Assembly: GCA_002269645.1 (NCBI GenBank)
Contig: NIVC01000759.1
Location: 248,001 to 312,000 of the forward strand
Source: Macrostomum lignano
Taxonomy: Eukaryota
Length of the DNA stretch: 64,000 nucleotides
Direction: 5' to 3'
Positions 23,246 to 35,300 of this stretch are shown here, piece by piece (position 1 is the stretch's first letter; each line of letters opens with the position of its first letter). A program made the position numbers and the translations under genes. The notes beneath the pieces are model-generated. The model made no database searches. It worked only from the letters and a program-made list of their open reading frames with translations, and was not told the origin of the DNA.

Positions 23246-26200
23246 CTGTTCGGGGGCTTAATCTGACTACGAGTGTTGTACCTCTTCTCAGGTCTAGGCG
23301 CCTCTTCGGTAATCTCGTTTGCCTCTTGCTCAGGTTCGAGCTCTTCTCTTTCTTCCTCTTGTATTGACTCTGCTTCTTCTACTTCACTGCCTTCTTCCTC
23401 AAAAATCTCACTATCAGACTCACTTGATGCTTCATCCTCGCTTCCACTTTCTTGCTCTGATTCTTCATTGTCTCGGAGATTGCATTGCCAATTCAGGCGA
23501 TCTTCATCTTCCGATTCTTCATCTTCTTCTATCTCTTCCTTCCGGGGGTGGCTTCCCTTAACTTTCGCTTCTGCGGTGCTGCGCTGGCTTCCCTTAACTT
23601 TAGGTTCCCTCGCAATCGCAGTTTTGTCTAACTGGCTGGCGGCAATTTCTTTAACTGAATTTGGCACTACAGCTAAATTGTCCCTATGCACTAACAACTC
23701 TTGCCCTACTAGCTTTCCTTCTTCCTCCTTCTGCACCTTAAAGACTACTTCTGAAATTTGCTTCAAAACTCGGTATGCTGATCTTCGCTGTCTATGGAAT
23801 TTATGCGACTCCTCGTTATCTAGCTGCGGGTTATTAATAAGCACTAAACTCCCTAACGGTACTCGTTTTGGCTGTTTGCTAGTTTCAGCAGCGGTCTGTC
23901 TTTGGTTTATCACCTTCTCCAATTTCTCTTTTACGAGCTTCTGTGCGACATTTAGTCTTTCGGCATGTTCGGAAACATAGGATGGATAGCCTGCGTAGTG
24001 CTTTGAGTCCTTGATCTGATTATCCATAGGTAACACGGCTTCCCTTCCAAATAACAGGAAATGGGGTGTGAAACCTGTTGTCTGATTGACACTGGTTCGG
24101 ACAGCAACTAGCGCAGCGGGAATCATTAGATCCCAGTTATTGTGGTCTTTCTTGATAAGGCACGTAATAATAGACTTTATCTGTTTATTGAACCTCTCTA
24201 CCAAGCCGTTGCTCTGGGCATGGTAGGGGGTAGTGAATGTCTGTTTGACATTATAGAGTTCACAGAAAGCCTTGAACTGCCTGCTGGAGAATGTTTTACC
24301 GTTATCGGTATGAATCCAGTGGCACTGTCCGTACTCACTAAAGATTCTCTCCTGCAGGATTTTAATGACAGTATCTGATTTCTGGTTGCGGATCGGAAAG
24401 GCAAAGGGGTATCGCGTGGTGCTATCAACCACTGTGAGCACATATCGATGCCCTCTTCTACTCTGCTTGGATATTGGTCCGATTATGTCAATATGGAGGC
24501 GGTGAAATGGCTCGCTGATAGGGAAGGACTGGATGGGGGCTTGGACCTTATGTCCTCGTTTGCTTTCCAGACAGGATATACATTCAGAGATGTACTTCTC
24601 AACTGCCGTGGTCAGACCGGGTCTCCAAAATATCTCTCGGACCTTCTGGATGGTCTTGTCTCTGCCCAGGTGTCCAGCTAGTGGGCTATCGTGGAGATCG
24701 CCAAGAACTAGTCTGTCTAATGACTCTGGCAGGACAACCTTCCAATTTTCGTCCTCTTTCACGATTAACAATTCGTTTTCGATTCTCATAGCCTCATAGG
24801 CTTTGCACATTTGCTTTAACAGCGGGGGGTCGGTTCTCTGGGGCACTGGGATTTCAACTTTCGCACATTTCCATTGCACGAGGGTTCGGATCGAGGGGTC
24901 CTCTCTCTGGGCATTAACAATTTGGTCACGCTTCAGCGGGACGGGGAGGTAGTCAGTCAAGAGCTTATCGACTCTTCGCACCTCGCTCTCTTGTTCGAGT
25001 CTGGACATTACAGGGATTTGGCTTGATTGTGCAAGGTTCAAGCTCAGTGGCTCCAAATTGTTATCCTGAACACGTTTACAAGGGGCAGAGGGCTGGGGGA
25101 CTGATTGGCACGGGGGCTGGGCGGCTAAATGGTTGAGCGAGAGGGGGGTTGGGGCAGGGCAATCGGGTATTGAGTCCTCAACTGGCGGCTGGGCCTGGCT
25201 TGTACAGCTGTCCTCTGCCTTTGCCTTCTGACTCAGTTCGGCCAATTCGGCTCTGTTGGGGAAGGGAAATTCTGTGTTGGCATTATCGCCTTTAGTCACC
25301 AATTCAGTGTTGGATTTATCATTCTGGCCTGTTTCGGCTGTCTCAGCGGGTCTCCTGGACAAGCTGTCCGCGTTGGTATGCTTGGCACCACTTCTGTGTT
25401 CAATGTCAAATTGGAACTCAGTCAGGCGCTCAATCCAACGTCCTAAGATACCCTGGGCTTCAGTCTGCCGTAGTAACCAAAGGATTGCTTTATGGTCAGT
25501 TCGGGCAAGAAATCTTTTTCCGATCAAATAGAAACGAAAGTGTCTCATAGCGTCTACTAGTGCTAACAACTCTTTTCGAGTGATAGGGTAGCGCTTTTCC
25601 GACTCTTTCATTGCACGGCTAAAGTACGCAATAGGCCTTTCGACACCATCGGACTGGATCTGGCCTAAACAGGCCCCAATCCGTCCTTCACTGGCATCGG
25701 TATCCAGAACCATTTTGACATTTTCGTCATCTACGAATTCAGGATACGCAAGCACCTCTGTTGACATCATGCGCTGTTTTAATGATTCAAAAGCCTTATC
25801 ATGCACCTCTGTCCACTTTGCTGAGAAATTTTGCACTCCCTTTCGGGTGAGCTGGAACATTGGATGCGCGGCTTCAGCATAGTTTTCACGAATCGACTGT
25901 AATAATTACACAGTCCTAGAAAGCTACGTAGCTCTTTCACCTCTTTCGGTTTAGGCCAGCTTTTGATCGCTTCGATCTTTGCTTCGTCAGTTCGAATACC
26001 ATCCCTTCCTATCACGTGGCCTAAATACTTCAGCTCTCTATGGAACAAATTGCACTTTTTCGCTCTAAGCTTTAATCCGGCATTGATTAGTCTCTGGAAA
26101 ACTTCTTTCAAATGAGACAAATGGTCTTCGAACTGCTTTGAATAAGTGACAAATATCGTCAATATAGGACATTGCAAACTTGTGCTGAATTCCAGCAAGT

Positions 26201-27975
26201 ACTAGGTTCATTAACCTCTGAAATGTACCGGGGGCATTGGATAATCCCTGTGCCATCACCTGGTACTCGAACTGTCCTCTAGTCAGGGTGGAGAAAGCTG
26301 TCATGGGCTTATGTTCTTCCTTAATTGGGACCTGCCAATAGCCTGAGTTAAGATCGAGGCTACTGAAGAATTGGCTTCCTGTGAGATTAGAGAAGGTTTC
26401 TTGGATATTCGGGAGGGGATAGGGGAAATAGTTCACTCGCGAGTTTAACACTCGGAAATCGCTGACAATGCGAATGGTGCCATCTTTCTTTGGCACGATG
26501 ACCAATAGGGTGGAATAGGTGGAATAGCAGGGACGGATGGGATTTTTCGCTAGCATATCGTCTAGCTGGGCGTCAACCTGCTTTTGGAGATGGGGAGGAA
26601 TTCGGCGAGTAGGGATTCTCACAGGGGTGTTGTCTTTCAGAGAAATTTCGTGGGTCACTAAATGAGTTAGCCCCATATCGAGGTCATGTTGAGAGAAAGC
26701 TTCTCGGTGTTCTTTTACTAATGCTACTACTGCTGCTCTCTGTTCAGTAGTCAATTCGGAACCAATGCTAATTTCACTCACCCACTCTTCTTCAGTGGCT
26801 TGGACCTGATTGACACGGGCTGAGTCTTGTGCTTCTGCTGCTGATTGCTGATCTGATGTCGGCGGCGACAAATAGAGCAGATCCTTGGCCTTCACGGGCT
26901 TAGCGAGCCCTACCAGTGCAGACTTAGGCAATTTCACTTCGACGGGATGCCGATTCACAATTTCGACGACTGCGGTGCCTTGCTGCATGGTGACCAGAGT
27001 CGGGATCATTTCGATCGTTAGCTCTTTGGCTCTTACGCCATCACCAATTGTTTCTATGGTCATTGGGGCGCCATAGTTAGCTTCGGCATTTTTCGCCATT
27101 CTTACTGGAATGCGCAGTGCGCTGTTCGCAGGGATAATTGCCTTTTCTTGAGTGTACACTCTGCAGACTCGTACAGGCATATGCGTGTACTGCATAGGTA
27201 TGCAGGCTCCTTCTTTCAGGATCAGCATCCCTTTTGTCAGATGAATGCTTTCGCACTGCTCAAGAAAGAATTCCATTCCCAAAATGTTGTCACATTCGTG
27301 GCCACATAATAGGAACGTTATTTCAATTCGAATATCTCCAAACTCAACAGCAACGGAAATTTCTCCTTCTAGCTGTACTGTGGCTCCGTCAAAAGTAGAC
27401 ACTCTTCTACTTGTACTTTTGATTTGCTCAGGCTTGAAAATCTTAGACCAGACTGACTTACTAAGGAAATTATTGCTAGCTCCAGTATCTAGCAGGAAGT
27501 CAATCTCTTGGCGATTGATGTTGCCTACTACGATCGCTTCGTAGCTCTTGGGGCTGATTAGCTCGAGTTTGGCATTGGCTGGAGTCTTCTTGGGTTTGCG
27601 GCGGCGATTTCGACGCGACTTCTTGAACTTGACAGTCGTCGGCGTGATGACTGAGGTCTCGGCGATTGACACATTGGGTGAAGTAAGCAATTGGGATGAT
27701 GCTGCAGCAGATGCGAGAGCTGCATCAGCAGGTGCGGGTGCTGACACTGTAGACGATGCAGGCATAGTGGACGCATTTGGTGCATTTCGCGTATATACAG
27801 GGTGCATTTTCGCATTGGGTGCATAAGCATTTCGCTTGCGTCTTTTTACAAGTTGCCATCCTCCGTTTGCTGTATCGCAAGCGGGTTGGCGGGGAATTTG
27901 GGAGGCCTGCATTTCGCTTGGGGCTCTGCTTGAGGGACGTGGCCTCGACTTCGGACCCTCGCCATTCAGTTTCCC
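23182..27975 (-). CDS. pol: Pol (PR-RT-RNase H-integrase), reached by -1 frameshift; two 1-bp indels in RT
   Basis: FLLDTGAS (PR); [25 protein letters not shown] (RT); LDTDAS, ELLA, TDHK (RH); [25 protein letters not shown] (IN). Assembled from ORFs 26065-27912, 25779-26198 and 23182-25860. Confidence 0.93.
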
Positions 27976-28931
27976 TGATTCGGGTTTCTTGGCGGAAATC
28001 GGTGCTGGTTGGGTCTAGCCGACTGTGGCTGAGACTGCACTGAGAACCTGGGGCGCTGGTTCATTAGCGGGGGTGGCCGTGGCTGATACGCCCTTGGCTG
28101 ATAGCGCACATGCTGGGGCTGAGAAGCCATTTGCTGATAGCGTACAGGCTGAGGCTGTACTACAGCAGGCTGATAGTGCATTGGCTGAGTAGCCATTGGC
28201 TGGTACACCTGCACCTTCTCTTTGCGGCTCTCCGCCTGTAGCTCCTGAATGAGTTTTCGCTGCTTTTCCAGCTCCTCTTTCTGCTTTTTGACAATTTCTG
28301 TCAGACTCTCCTTCTCTCCTTCTTCATCTTTCATCACTCTTACTCCGTTCTTGTGAGACATGTGCCAAGCAGCTTCGATGCGCCTCAACATGCGCCTAGC
28401 TTCCTGCAGGCTAGCTGGCTGCGCAAAGATCAGCTTCTCCCTTGTATCTGAGGGGATTCTGACACCTTTTATGAATTGTTCTACCACCTCCTCTTCTCGT
28501 TGCTCGGCATTCATGTTTGGGAATGCTCGGCTTGACAGCTCTATCAGGGCATCAGCGAACATGTCGGTCGCCTCATTTCTTCCCTGCATCCTTCCTCTAA
28601 ATTCTTCACGGAACTCGGAAGCACTTCCTAGCCTACCAAATCTTTCTACAAGCCTATCCTTGAACTCCTCATAGGTCAACTCTTCTGGCAAATTCAATCG
28701 CTGAACTGCAGCGAAAGCAGTTGACAAGTCCAAATTAGCTACTAACTCAGTTTTCCTATTGGCTACGTCTATTCCTTCGGCGTCACATCGCTGATCAAAG
28801 GCTACCAGCCAGATGCGGATATCCTGGCTGGGGGTGTACTTCTGAATTTTGATATGTCTCATGGGCCCTAATTCTAGTCTATTCCTCAACTCTTCTGCTA
28901 ATAGTCCAATAGCATCATTGATTGCTGCCAT
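27966..28931 (-). CDS. gag: Retrotransposon Gag (321 aa), no CCHC knuckle
   Basis: ATG ORF ~80 nt after the PBS. W...F...C, ANL, ETDMFADALIELSSRAFP and VEQFIKG are capsid-like motifs; coiled and Q/P-rich tail. Confidence 0.85.
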   Translation of the reverse strand: MAAINDAIGLLAEELRNRLELGPMRHIKIQKYTPSQDIRIWLVAFDQRCDAEGIDVANRKTELVANLDLSTAFAAVQRLNLPEELTYEEFKDRLVERFGRLGSASEFREEFRGRMQGRNEATDMFADALIELSSRAFPNMNAEQREEEVVEQFIKGVRIPSDTREKLIFAQPASLQEARRMLRRIEAAWHMSHKNGVRVMKDEEGEKESLTEIVKKQKEELEKQRKLIQELQAESRKEKVQVYQPMATQPMHYQPAVVQPQPVRYQQMASQPQHVRYQPRAYQPRPPPLMNQRPRFSVQSQPQSARPNQHRFPPRNPNQGN

Positions 28932-29011
28932 GGCTTCCGAGTCTATAGTTTCTCTTTGTCAATTCGACTTTTCAGCAATATCGGGTCTGTTCACCGGATC
29001 TCGATCCCTTT

Positions 29012-29023
29012 CCGCTGCCACCA
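29012..29023 (-). promoter_or_regulatory. Primer-binding site TGGTGGCAGCGG, complementary to the tRNA-Leu 3' end
   Basis: Plus strand CCGCTGCCACCA matches the ...CCGCTGCCA-CCA 3' end of eukaryotic tRNA-Leu(AAG-type); it lies 3 nt from the LTR. Confidence 0.8.
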
Positions 29024-29026
29024 AGT

Positions 29027-29733
29027 TGTCGCAGGTGTAATTAATTATTGAATTTTATCTTATTTTACTAATGCTGCCAGGTTGTTCCAGGGGAAATTTC
29101 GCTATAATTCTAGAGTTTCATTGAACTACTAAAATACGATGTTAGGAAGGTAAGATTATTGGCTTTCGCGTAAGTACGGATTGCCCTGGTAGCGCCCAGT
29201 GCCCGAGCGGCAAGACACTGTTTAGCTAGGGGGATAGGGGGGGAATGACTAAGTCCTAAAGCAGCGTCCTCCAATGGATCGAGGTTGCCCGGTGAATTTC
29301 AGTTTCCTCTTACGGATTTGCTTTTGTCATATACGACTTCACATTGGTTGTTCAGTTCGAATATTTCTATTGGGATATTTCTCCCTCTTCAATTGGCTCT
29401 CTACGCCTTTACTGCTCGCGGTTCCGCTATTGGCTTTTAGACTGATCGTCTTGAGCTTTCGGTAATTTTTACCTGGCCAATGAGCATTCGCTCTTTATTC
29501 TTGGCAAATAAGGAAGGCTTTAGCAAGATTCGCTTATTCAGTTTGTTAGGCAAATAGCCTTGAACCAAAAACGGTTGCCTGAATTGCCCAGAATTGCCCA
29601 GAATGACTCTGGGCGCTGAATTCCCTTCTATTTATACGAAAAATTGGGGTGGGGACGGGTGCATTCAAACAAAATTCTACAAACTTCGTGGTTACTAAGA
29701 AAACGGCGGGGATTCAAAACTTGGCCTCTCTCA
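29027..29733 (-). repeat. 5' LTR (707 bp)
   Basis: Direct repeat of 19955-20661, followed on the - strand by ACT and then the PBS. Confidence 0.95.
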
Positions 29734-30166
29734 AACCTAACTTAGCACAATTTTTCACTTTCTTCTTGGCGATTGTCATTCAATAATAAAAACTTTATAG
29801 CACGTATCTCCCTCTAGTTATGGAGACAAAAAGTTATACTTCACAAATTTGTTCTGGTTCTGGAACCAGAACAAGCAATGAAAAGGCCCAAAGTGAAAGA
29901 GCATTGATATATCCTCTACAGTATTTTCCGGGTGGTCGCATGCCCCCCCCCCGGCGCGTGATGCCTTTTCATCGTATTAGTAATAATTAAATTTACTTGG
30001 ATAATAAATAATTACTCTTATACGTATCCACAAAGATTTCTATCAAAATAAAAAATGATAGCAACTTTGGGCTGTGCAAGAATTAATGCATCAAAAATGT
30101 CCATGGCCATTATATCGTTCTTTTCGGAGATACATTGTATGTACTACGAGCTAGCTAGAAGAATTG

Positions 30167-30560
30167 GGGGCGCTTCATAAGACCTAAATTTCACAACCCC
30201 TAAAGCACATGACTTCACATCACCTAAATTTCATAACGCCTAAAATCGAAAATGCAGCCTCCTTCACAACGCCTAAATTTCAGATCGCCTAAATTTCACA
30301 ACGCCTAAATTTCACAACGCCTAAAATTTCTGCACGCTCCTTCACATCGCCTAAATTTCATATCGCCTAAATTTCATAACGCCTAAAACCGAAAATGCAT
30401 CCAACTTCATATCGCCTAAATTTCATATCACCTAAATTTCACAACACCTAAAACTGAATGTGAATGAGAGAAGCAAAGATTTTAGGCGTTGTGAAATTTA
30501 GGCGATATGAAATTTAGGCGTTGTGAATTGTGGTGGTTTTAGGCGTTGTTTAGGTGTTTG
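30167..30560. repeat. Array of 16-bp units (TTCACAACGCCTAAAT), ~14 direct then ~5 inverted: foldback-like
   Basis: CCTAAA cores from 30183 to 30450, TTTAGG cores from 30480 to 30555. Confidence 0.75.
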
Positions 30561-32244
30561 AGCATGATTCATGCTCATCAGGTCACATGCATATGCATTA
30601 CATGTGCATGTAAATATTTAATACTGTATACTGCCCTGTTCCAAGGACCACTAGGAACACGTACGCGTACTTCGTTAAAGGCTAGTAGTCCTTGCCCTTT
30701 TCCTAAACATTCCTAGCATACAATTACCTACCATAATTCAGAATAAATGAAACATCAAGTCATGGACTTGCTTTCCAGCTTTGAGAAAAAATCATAAAAA
30801 TAAGTTGAGTCAATCGACGTACGTACGGTACGGGCTATTGAGATTTTGTTCTGGTGCAGCCTAAAGTATATTTTTATGCTGGTATAGCCACACCTAGCTC
30901 AATCTTAGTACGTGGTCTTAATTCTTAAATTCTTGCCTCGTAATAATCCACATGCAAAAACTGAATCAAATGCTTTATAAACCGATCAACGTTTCTAACT
31001 TTTTAAATTCTGCCTTTCTTAGAAAAATGACAATAATTAATTTATTCGGCTAGGCCTAATTAGGCAGCTCTCAGCAATAATTTTAATGTGATTTGGATTC
31101 TGCCTGCGGCCTGTCTGTTTAACTGTTTCTGAGTTTTCTGAGACCAAAAGCTTTTTTTCAAATAGGCAAGGCCTAGTCAAGTTTTAACTCTAAGTCTAGT
31201 TTCAAGGTTATAAAATTCTTTCTAACCTGCTAAATAAGAATTTACCTGCATTATGCTGGCAGCATTCAGCATAGGCCCCTAGGCCCGGCTAAGCCTAGAA
31301 ACTAAACGAAAACTCAAGTCAAAACTCCACTCCAAGAGTCTAGGCCTAAATAAATTGGCATCATAAAAACAAAGTTTGCAGATACAGGTCCTAACCTATA
31401 TTCCTTTAACAAAGTGTAAAAATTCATCTCAAAGTTGAACTGCTATGCCTAAACTAGATTTTTGGGGATCTATAAAGTTCCCAATATCTTAATGAGCTCA
31501 TATTTAAGTACTATATGCCTTCTTATCATTCCATTGATTTTCATATAGCTTATTTATATATTATATAAATAGGAGCCTAGGGCCTATCTAAAATTTTAAC
31601 AATAGATCTAATTTTGATAGGCCTATTTAAATCATTTGTCTTGTCTTTTAATTATAGATATTGCCTACTATAATCTAAGAAATGCATCAGTGCTTTTTAT
31701 TTTTGAAACTAGTTTAGTATGAATAATAATTAAAGTGTTTCAAATAATTAGGACTTTATCTAAAGATAAACAAGTTAGGCCTAGCATTTAAAAATGATAC
31801 CCTATATAATTATAGACCTAGGCACTAATCTATGACCTAGGCCTATCTTTATAAATATATTTTATACAAAAAAATTATATGAAACTTTATTGTTTAATAT
31901 AGCCATTATAGGATTGGATTAGCTAGGCCTATTTTGAACAAACTATATAATTTTTTTATTTATTGAATATTAAAGGTCAAACAATATTGAAATCATTGGG
32001 TATGGGATTGGGAATAATTTTTTTCTTAAGATTGGTATTAGGATTTGGGAATCAGGATCAGGTCTTCCATACATGCGCAACAGTTGGCCAAGTCGGCCGA
32101 TCCGGCCGACCGATTTGGTGGCCAACCAAGGAAGTCGCAAAAATGCCCACCCAAAAAACACCCAAGTAGTAGTACTAAGTAGCTGACGAGGCATTTTGGC
32201 TTAATAAGACAGTCTGCGGGCTGCGGGCGGTCAGGACCTTGGAC

Positions 32245-35200
32245 GTGTGAGGCAGCCCGTGACAAAGCGTGTCGACGCTGCGGCAAGATGGGTCATTTCA
32301 CTTGGGCGTGTCGAGGAGCAGCTAAAGTCCCTCTGAGGACCGTTAACGAACCGCAGGAGGACGCTCCGCCGGGTCGAGTCGAATATCTGCAGGACGACCC
32401 CGTCGAGCACGAGCTATTCACCCTGTGGAACTGCGGCTCAGCTTGGACGCCTGCGACCATTAACGGGCTCAAGGCAAATGTGCTCATCGACAGCGGCGTG
32501 GCCTGCAACATCATCAACAGGGCGGCCTACGACAGGATGCCGCAAAAAGCCGCGCTGCAACCCGCCAGCGACAAGGTCTACCCATACGGAAGCCAAGAGC
32601 CACTGAGACTGCTGGGCAAGGCAGACCTGCAAGTCACAGCGTGTTCGAGATCCACCAGACACTACCGTTCTTGGTGCTCGACGGTGAGGGCGCTTGCATC
32701 ATTGGCCAGCGAAGCGCTGAAAGACTTCAGATTCTGCCAGTCGGCCCGGAGAACAAGATGGCGTACCAGCTGCGTCCGTCTCCCGAGGTTTCGCTAGACA
32801 GCATGCTCGCAGTGATCCCAAAGGACGTCCTACACGCACCGGGGGCACCGGCCCTGGGCGAAATCCTGACAGAGAATGCACAAGTCTTCAGCGGAATCGG
32901 CAGGCTCAAAAACTATGCCGCCCGCATCTTCCTGGAAGAGGGAGCCAGGCCGATCTGTCACCCCCATCAAGGGTGCCAATACATCTCGCACAGGCAGTCG
33001 ACGCCGAGCTGCAGTGCCTCGAGGACCAAAGCATCATCGAGTCGGTGGAAGGCCCCTGCCCACGGTAGCCCGCATCGTCGTCGTGCCCAAGCAGACTCCA
33101 GGCGAGATCAGGGTTACGCAGGACTTGAGAGACATGAACAGGTCGGTCATTAGAGAGCGGCATCCCATCCCGACATTCGAGGAGGTGACGGGAGACATGG
33201 CAGGGGCGCAGCTATTCTCAGAGCTCGACATCGCGAAGGCATTTTATCAATCCCAGTCGCCGACGAATGCCGCCATTTTCTGACTTTTTCGACGCCACGA
33301 GGCGTACGGCGGCTGACCCGACTCTGCATGGGACTGTCTACGGCCCAGGAAATTCTTCAGGCGGTAATGTCATCCGTGCTAGCTGGGCTCCAGAAAGTAA
33401 AATGGATTCACGACTTCATCGTGTATGGGCACAGCGTGGCGGAGCACCACAGCAACCTGCAGGCATGTCTGCGACGACTGGTGCAGCACGGGCTGACGCT
33501 AAATCCGTTAAAATGCAATCTAGCCCGTACCGAGGTCACGTTAATGGCCCTGTCTCGTGAGGCAGTCAGACCAACCGAGTCCAAGCTGGAGGCCATCCAC
33601 GCATTCGCCGAGCCAACGACCGCCACAGAGGTGCGCTCGTTCCTAGGCCTAGTCAACTATCTGGCCTCATTCACCCCGGGCTGGCGGACGTAGCGAGGCC
33701 GCTGCGAAATCTGATTAGGAAAGGCGAGCCCTGGGCATGGACCGACCTCGAGAAACGATCTTTTGGCGACGTCAAGACCTGGATTACGGCCAGCGGCACC
33801 CTCGCCTTCTTCAACCACCGCCTAGCGACGCAGCTCATCGTCGAAGCCGGCCCAGCGGGCCTGGGCGCGATCCTAACTCAGACGCAAGCGGGCGGCACCA
33901 ACCGGCCCGTCGCGTACGCCAGCCGGACGCTGTCCGGTGTCGAGCAGCGCTACTCCCAGACTGAGAAAGAGGCGCTGGCAGTCAAATACGGCTGCTTGAA
34001 ATTTCAGTACGGTGGTGACGGATCACAAGCCGCTCATCGCATTGTTCAGCAGTGGCTCAAGGCCTCCCCCGAGGATCGAAAGAATGGCGCTGCGCATTCA
34101 GCACATGAAATTCACAGTCGAATACCACCCTGGCCCACTAAACCCAGCCGGCAGCCGCTGCCAACACAAGGAAGAAATGTCGGCGAGGAGCTCGACACCC
34201 TCTGCATCGCTGCAATTGTCCAGGCGGCCATATCGAACGCGCTGTCGTTGTCCTCAGTGCAAGAGAGTTCGCTGCAAGATGCAACAATTCAAGCCGCTAT
34301 TTGGTCGCTGGAGACAGGACGATGGAGCCTCGAGTCGGCGGAGTTGCCATCGCTTCACGCGTTACGGGACGAGCTATCGGCAGCGGACGGCGTGCTCCTG
34401 CGGGGCCAGCGGATCTTAGTTCCAACGGCGCTTCGGCGCCTGGTGTTGGACCTGGCACACCGCGGTCATCAGTGCATGCGCAAGACGGTTGACCATTTGA
34501 ACACCAAAGTCTGGTGGCCGAGGATGCAGACAGAAGCGGGGCTCTTTGTGCGTGCGTGCCGAGCCTGTGCAGCTACGTCGCACGCGGCCGAAGTGACTGA
34601 CGTGAAGCGCTGATTCCCAAGCCGTTCTCCTCGGCCCAGTTCAAAGGCATTCTGGACAGCTACGGAATCCGGCAGCGTCTCATCACACCGCTGCATCCCC
34701 CGCAGGCCAACGGCATCACCAAGCGCCTGAACCGCTCCATCAATAAGGTTGTACGGGCTGCCATTGCCAAGAAGTGCGACTGGAGGGCGGCCCTTGACGA
34801 GTGGCTGCTGGCCTACCGTTGTACACCGCAGCGAACCTCCAACCGGGCACCAGCCGAGCTTCTCATGGGGCGCGTCCCAAACGACGCCATCCCGTCAGTC
34901 AGGCCGTCGAGACCGGTGGGCATCGCGGACAGGAGGCTCCGAGAACAGGACGCCAGCAGCAAGGCAAAGAGCAAGCGCTACTCCGACAAGCAACGGCAGG
35001 CGAGACCGCACGGGCTCAAAGTCGGCGACACAGTGCTGCGGCGCCGACTAAATCCGCTCAAGGGCGAGGCTCCGTTCGAGTGGGCACCCTGGCTGGTCGA
35101 GAAGGTCAAGGGCGACTCGATGACCATTCGGCAGGGCGCCAGAGTTTGCAGGCGGCACTGCACTGACCTAAAGCGGGTAGCGAGGATACTGAGCCCGATT

Positions 35201-35300
35201 TTCCTGTCGGGGAACCCGCGCCGCCGATCCAACAAGCTGCGGGGAGCGAACCCGCGACCTCGCCAATTGCGCTGCGACCACACCCCCGAGAGGCCAAGGT
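32245..35300 (+). pseudogene. Decayed Ty3/gypsy (Mag/K02A2.6-like) gag-pol remnant
   Basis: CRRCGKMGHFTWAC (CCHC), LIDSG (PR), RHPIPT/FSELDIAKAFYQ (RT) with YxDD altered to WIHD, RPVAYASR/YSQTEKEALA/TDHKPL (RH), HRGH..CRAC, PQANG..RLNRS (IN). Many frameshifts and deletions; no LTR pair found. Confidence 0.88.

Larger units (their letters stand above)
19955..29733 (-). mobile_element. Full-length Ty3/gypsy LTR retrotransposon
   Basis: Two 707-bp direct repeats with TG...CA ends; PBS; order gag, PR, RT, RH, IN (gypsy order); extra ORF before the 3' LTR. Confidence 0.97.
19798..29889. mobile_element. PIF/Harbinger-like MITE (~300 bp: 19798-19943 plus 29734-29889) split by the LTR element
   Basis: Perfect 12-bp TIR GGGCCTTTTCAT / ATGAAAAGGCCC, 14-bp subterminal inverted match TTCCAGAACCAGAA, and 3-bp AAA on both outer sides. 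Confidence 0.7.

Noticed and set aside
23273-23980. Ser-rich 235-aa plus-strand ORF
   Set aside because: Antisense to the acidic tail of integrase.
19939-29738. Target-site duplication of the LTR element
   Set aside because: Flanks do not match for either boundary choice (ACAAT or CAAGT versus AACCT).
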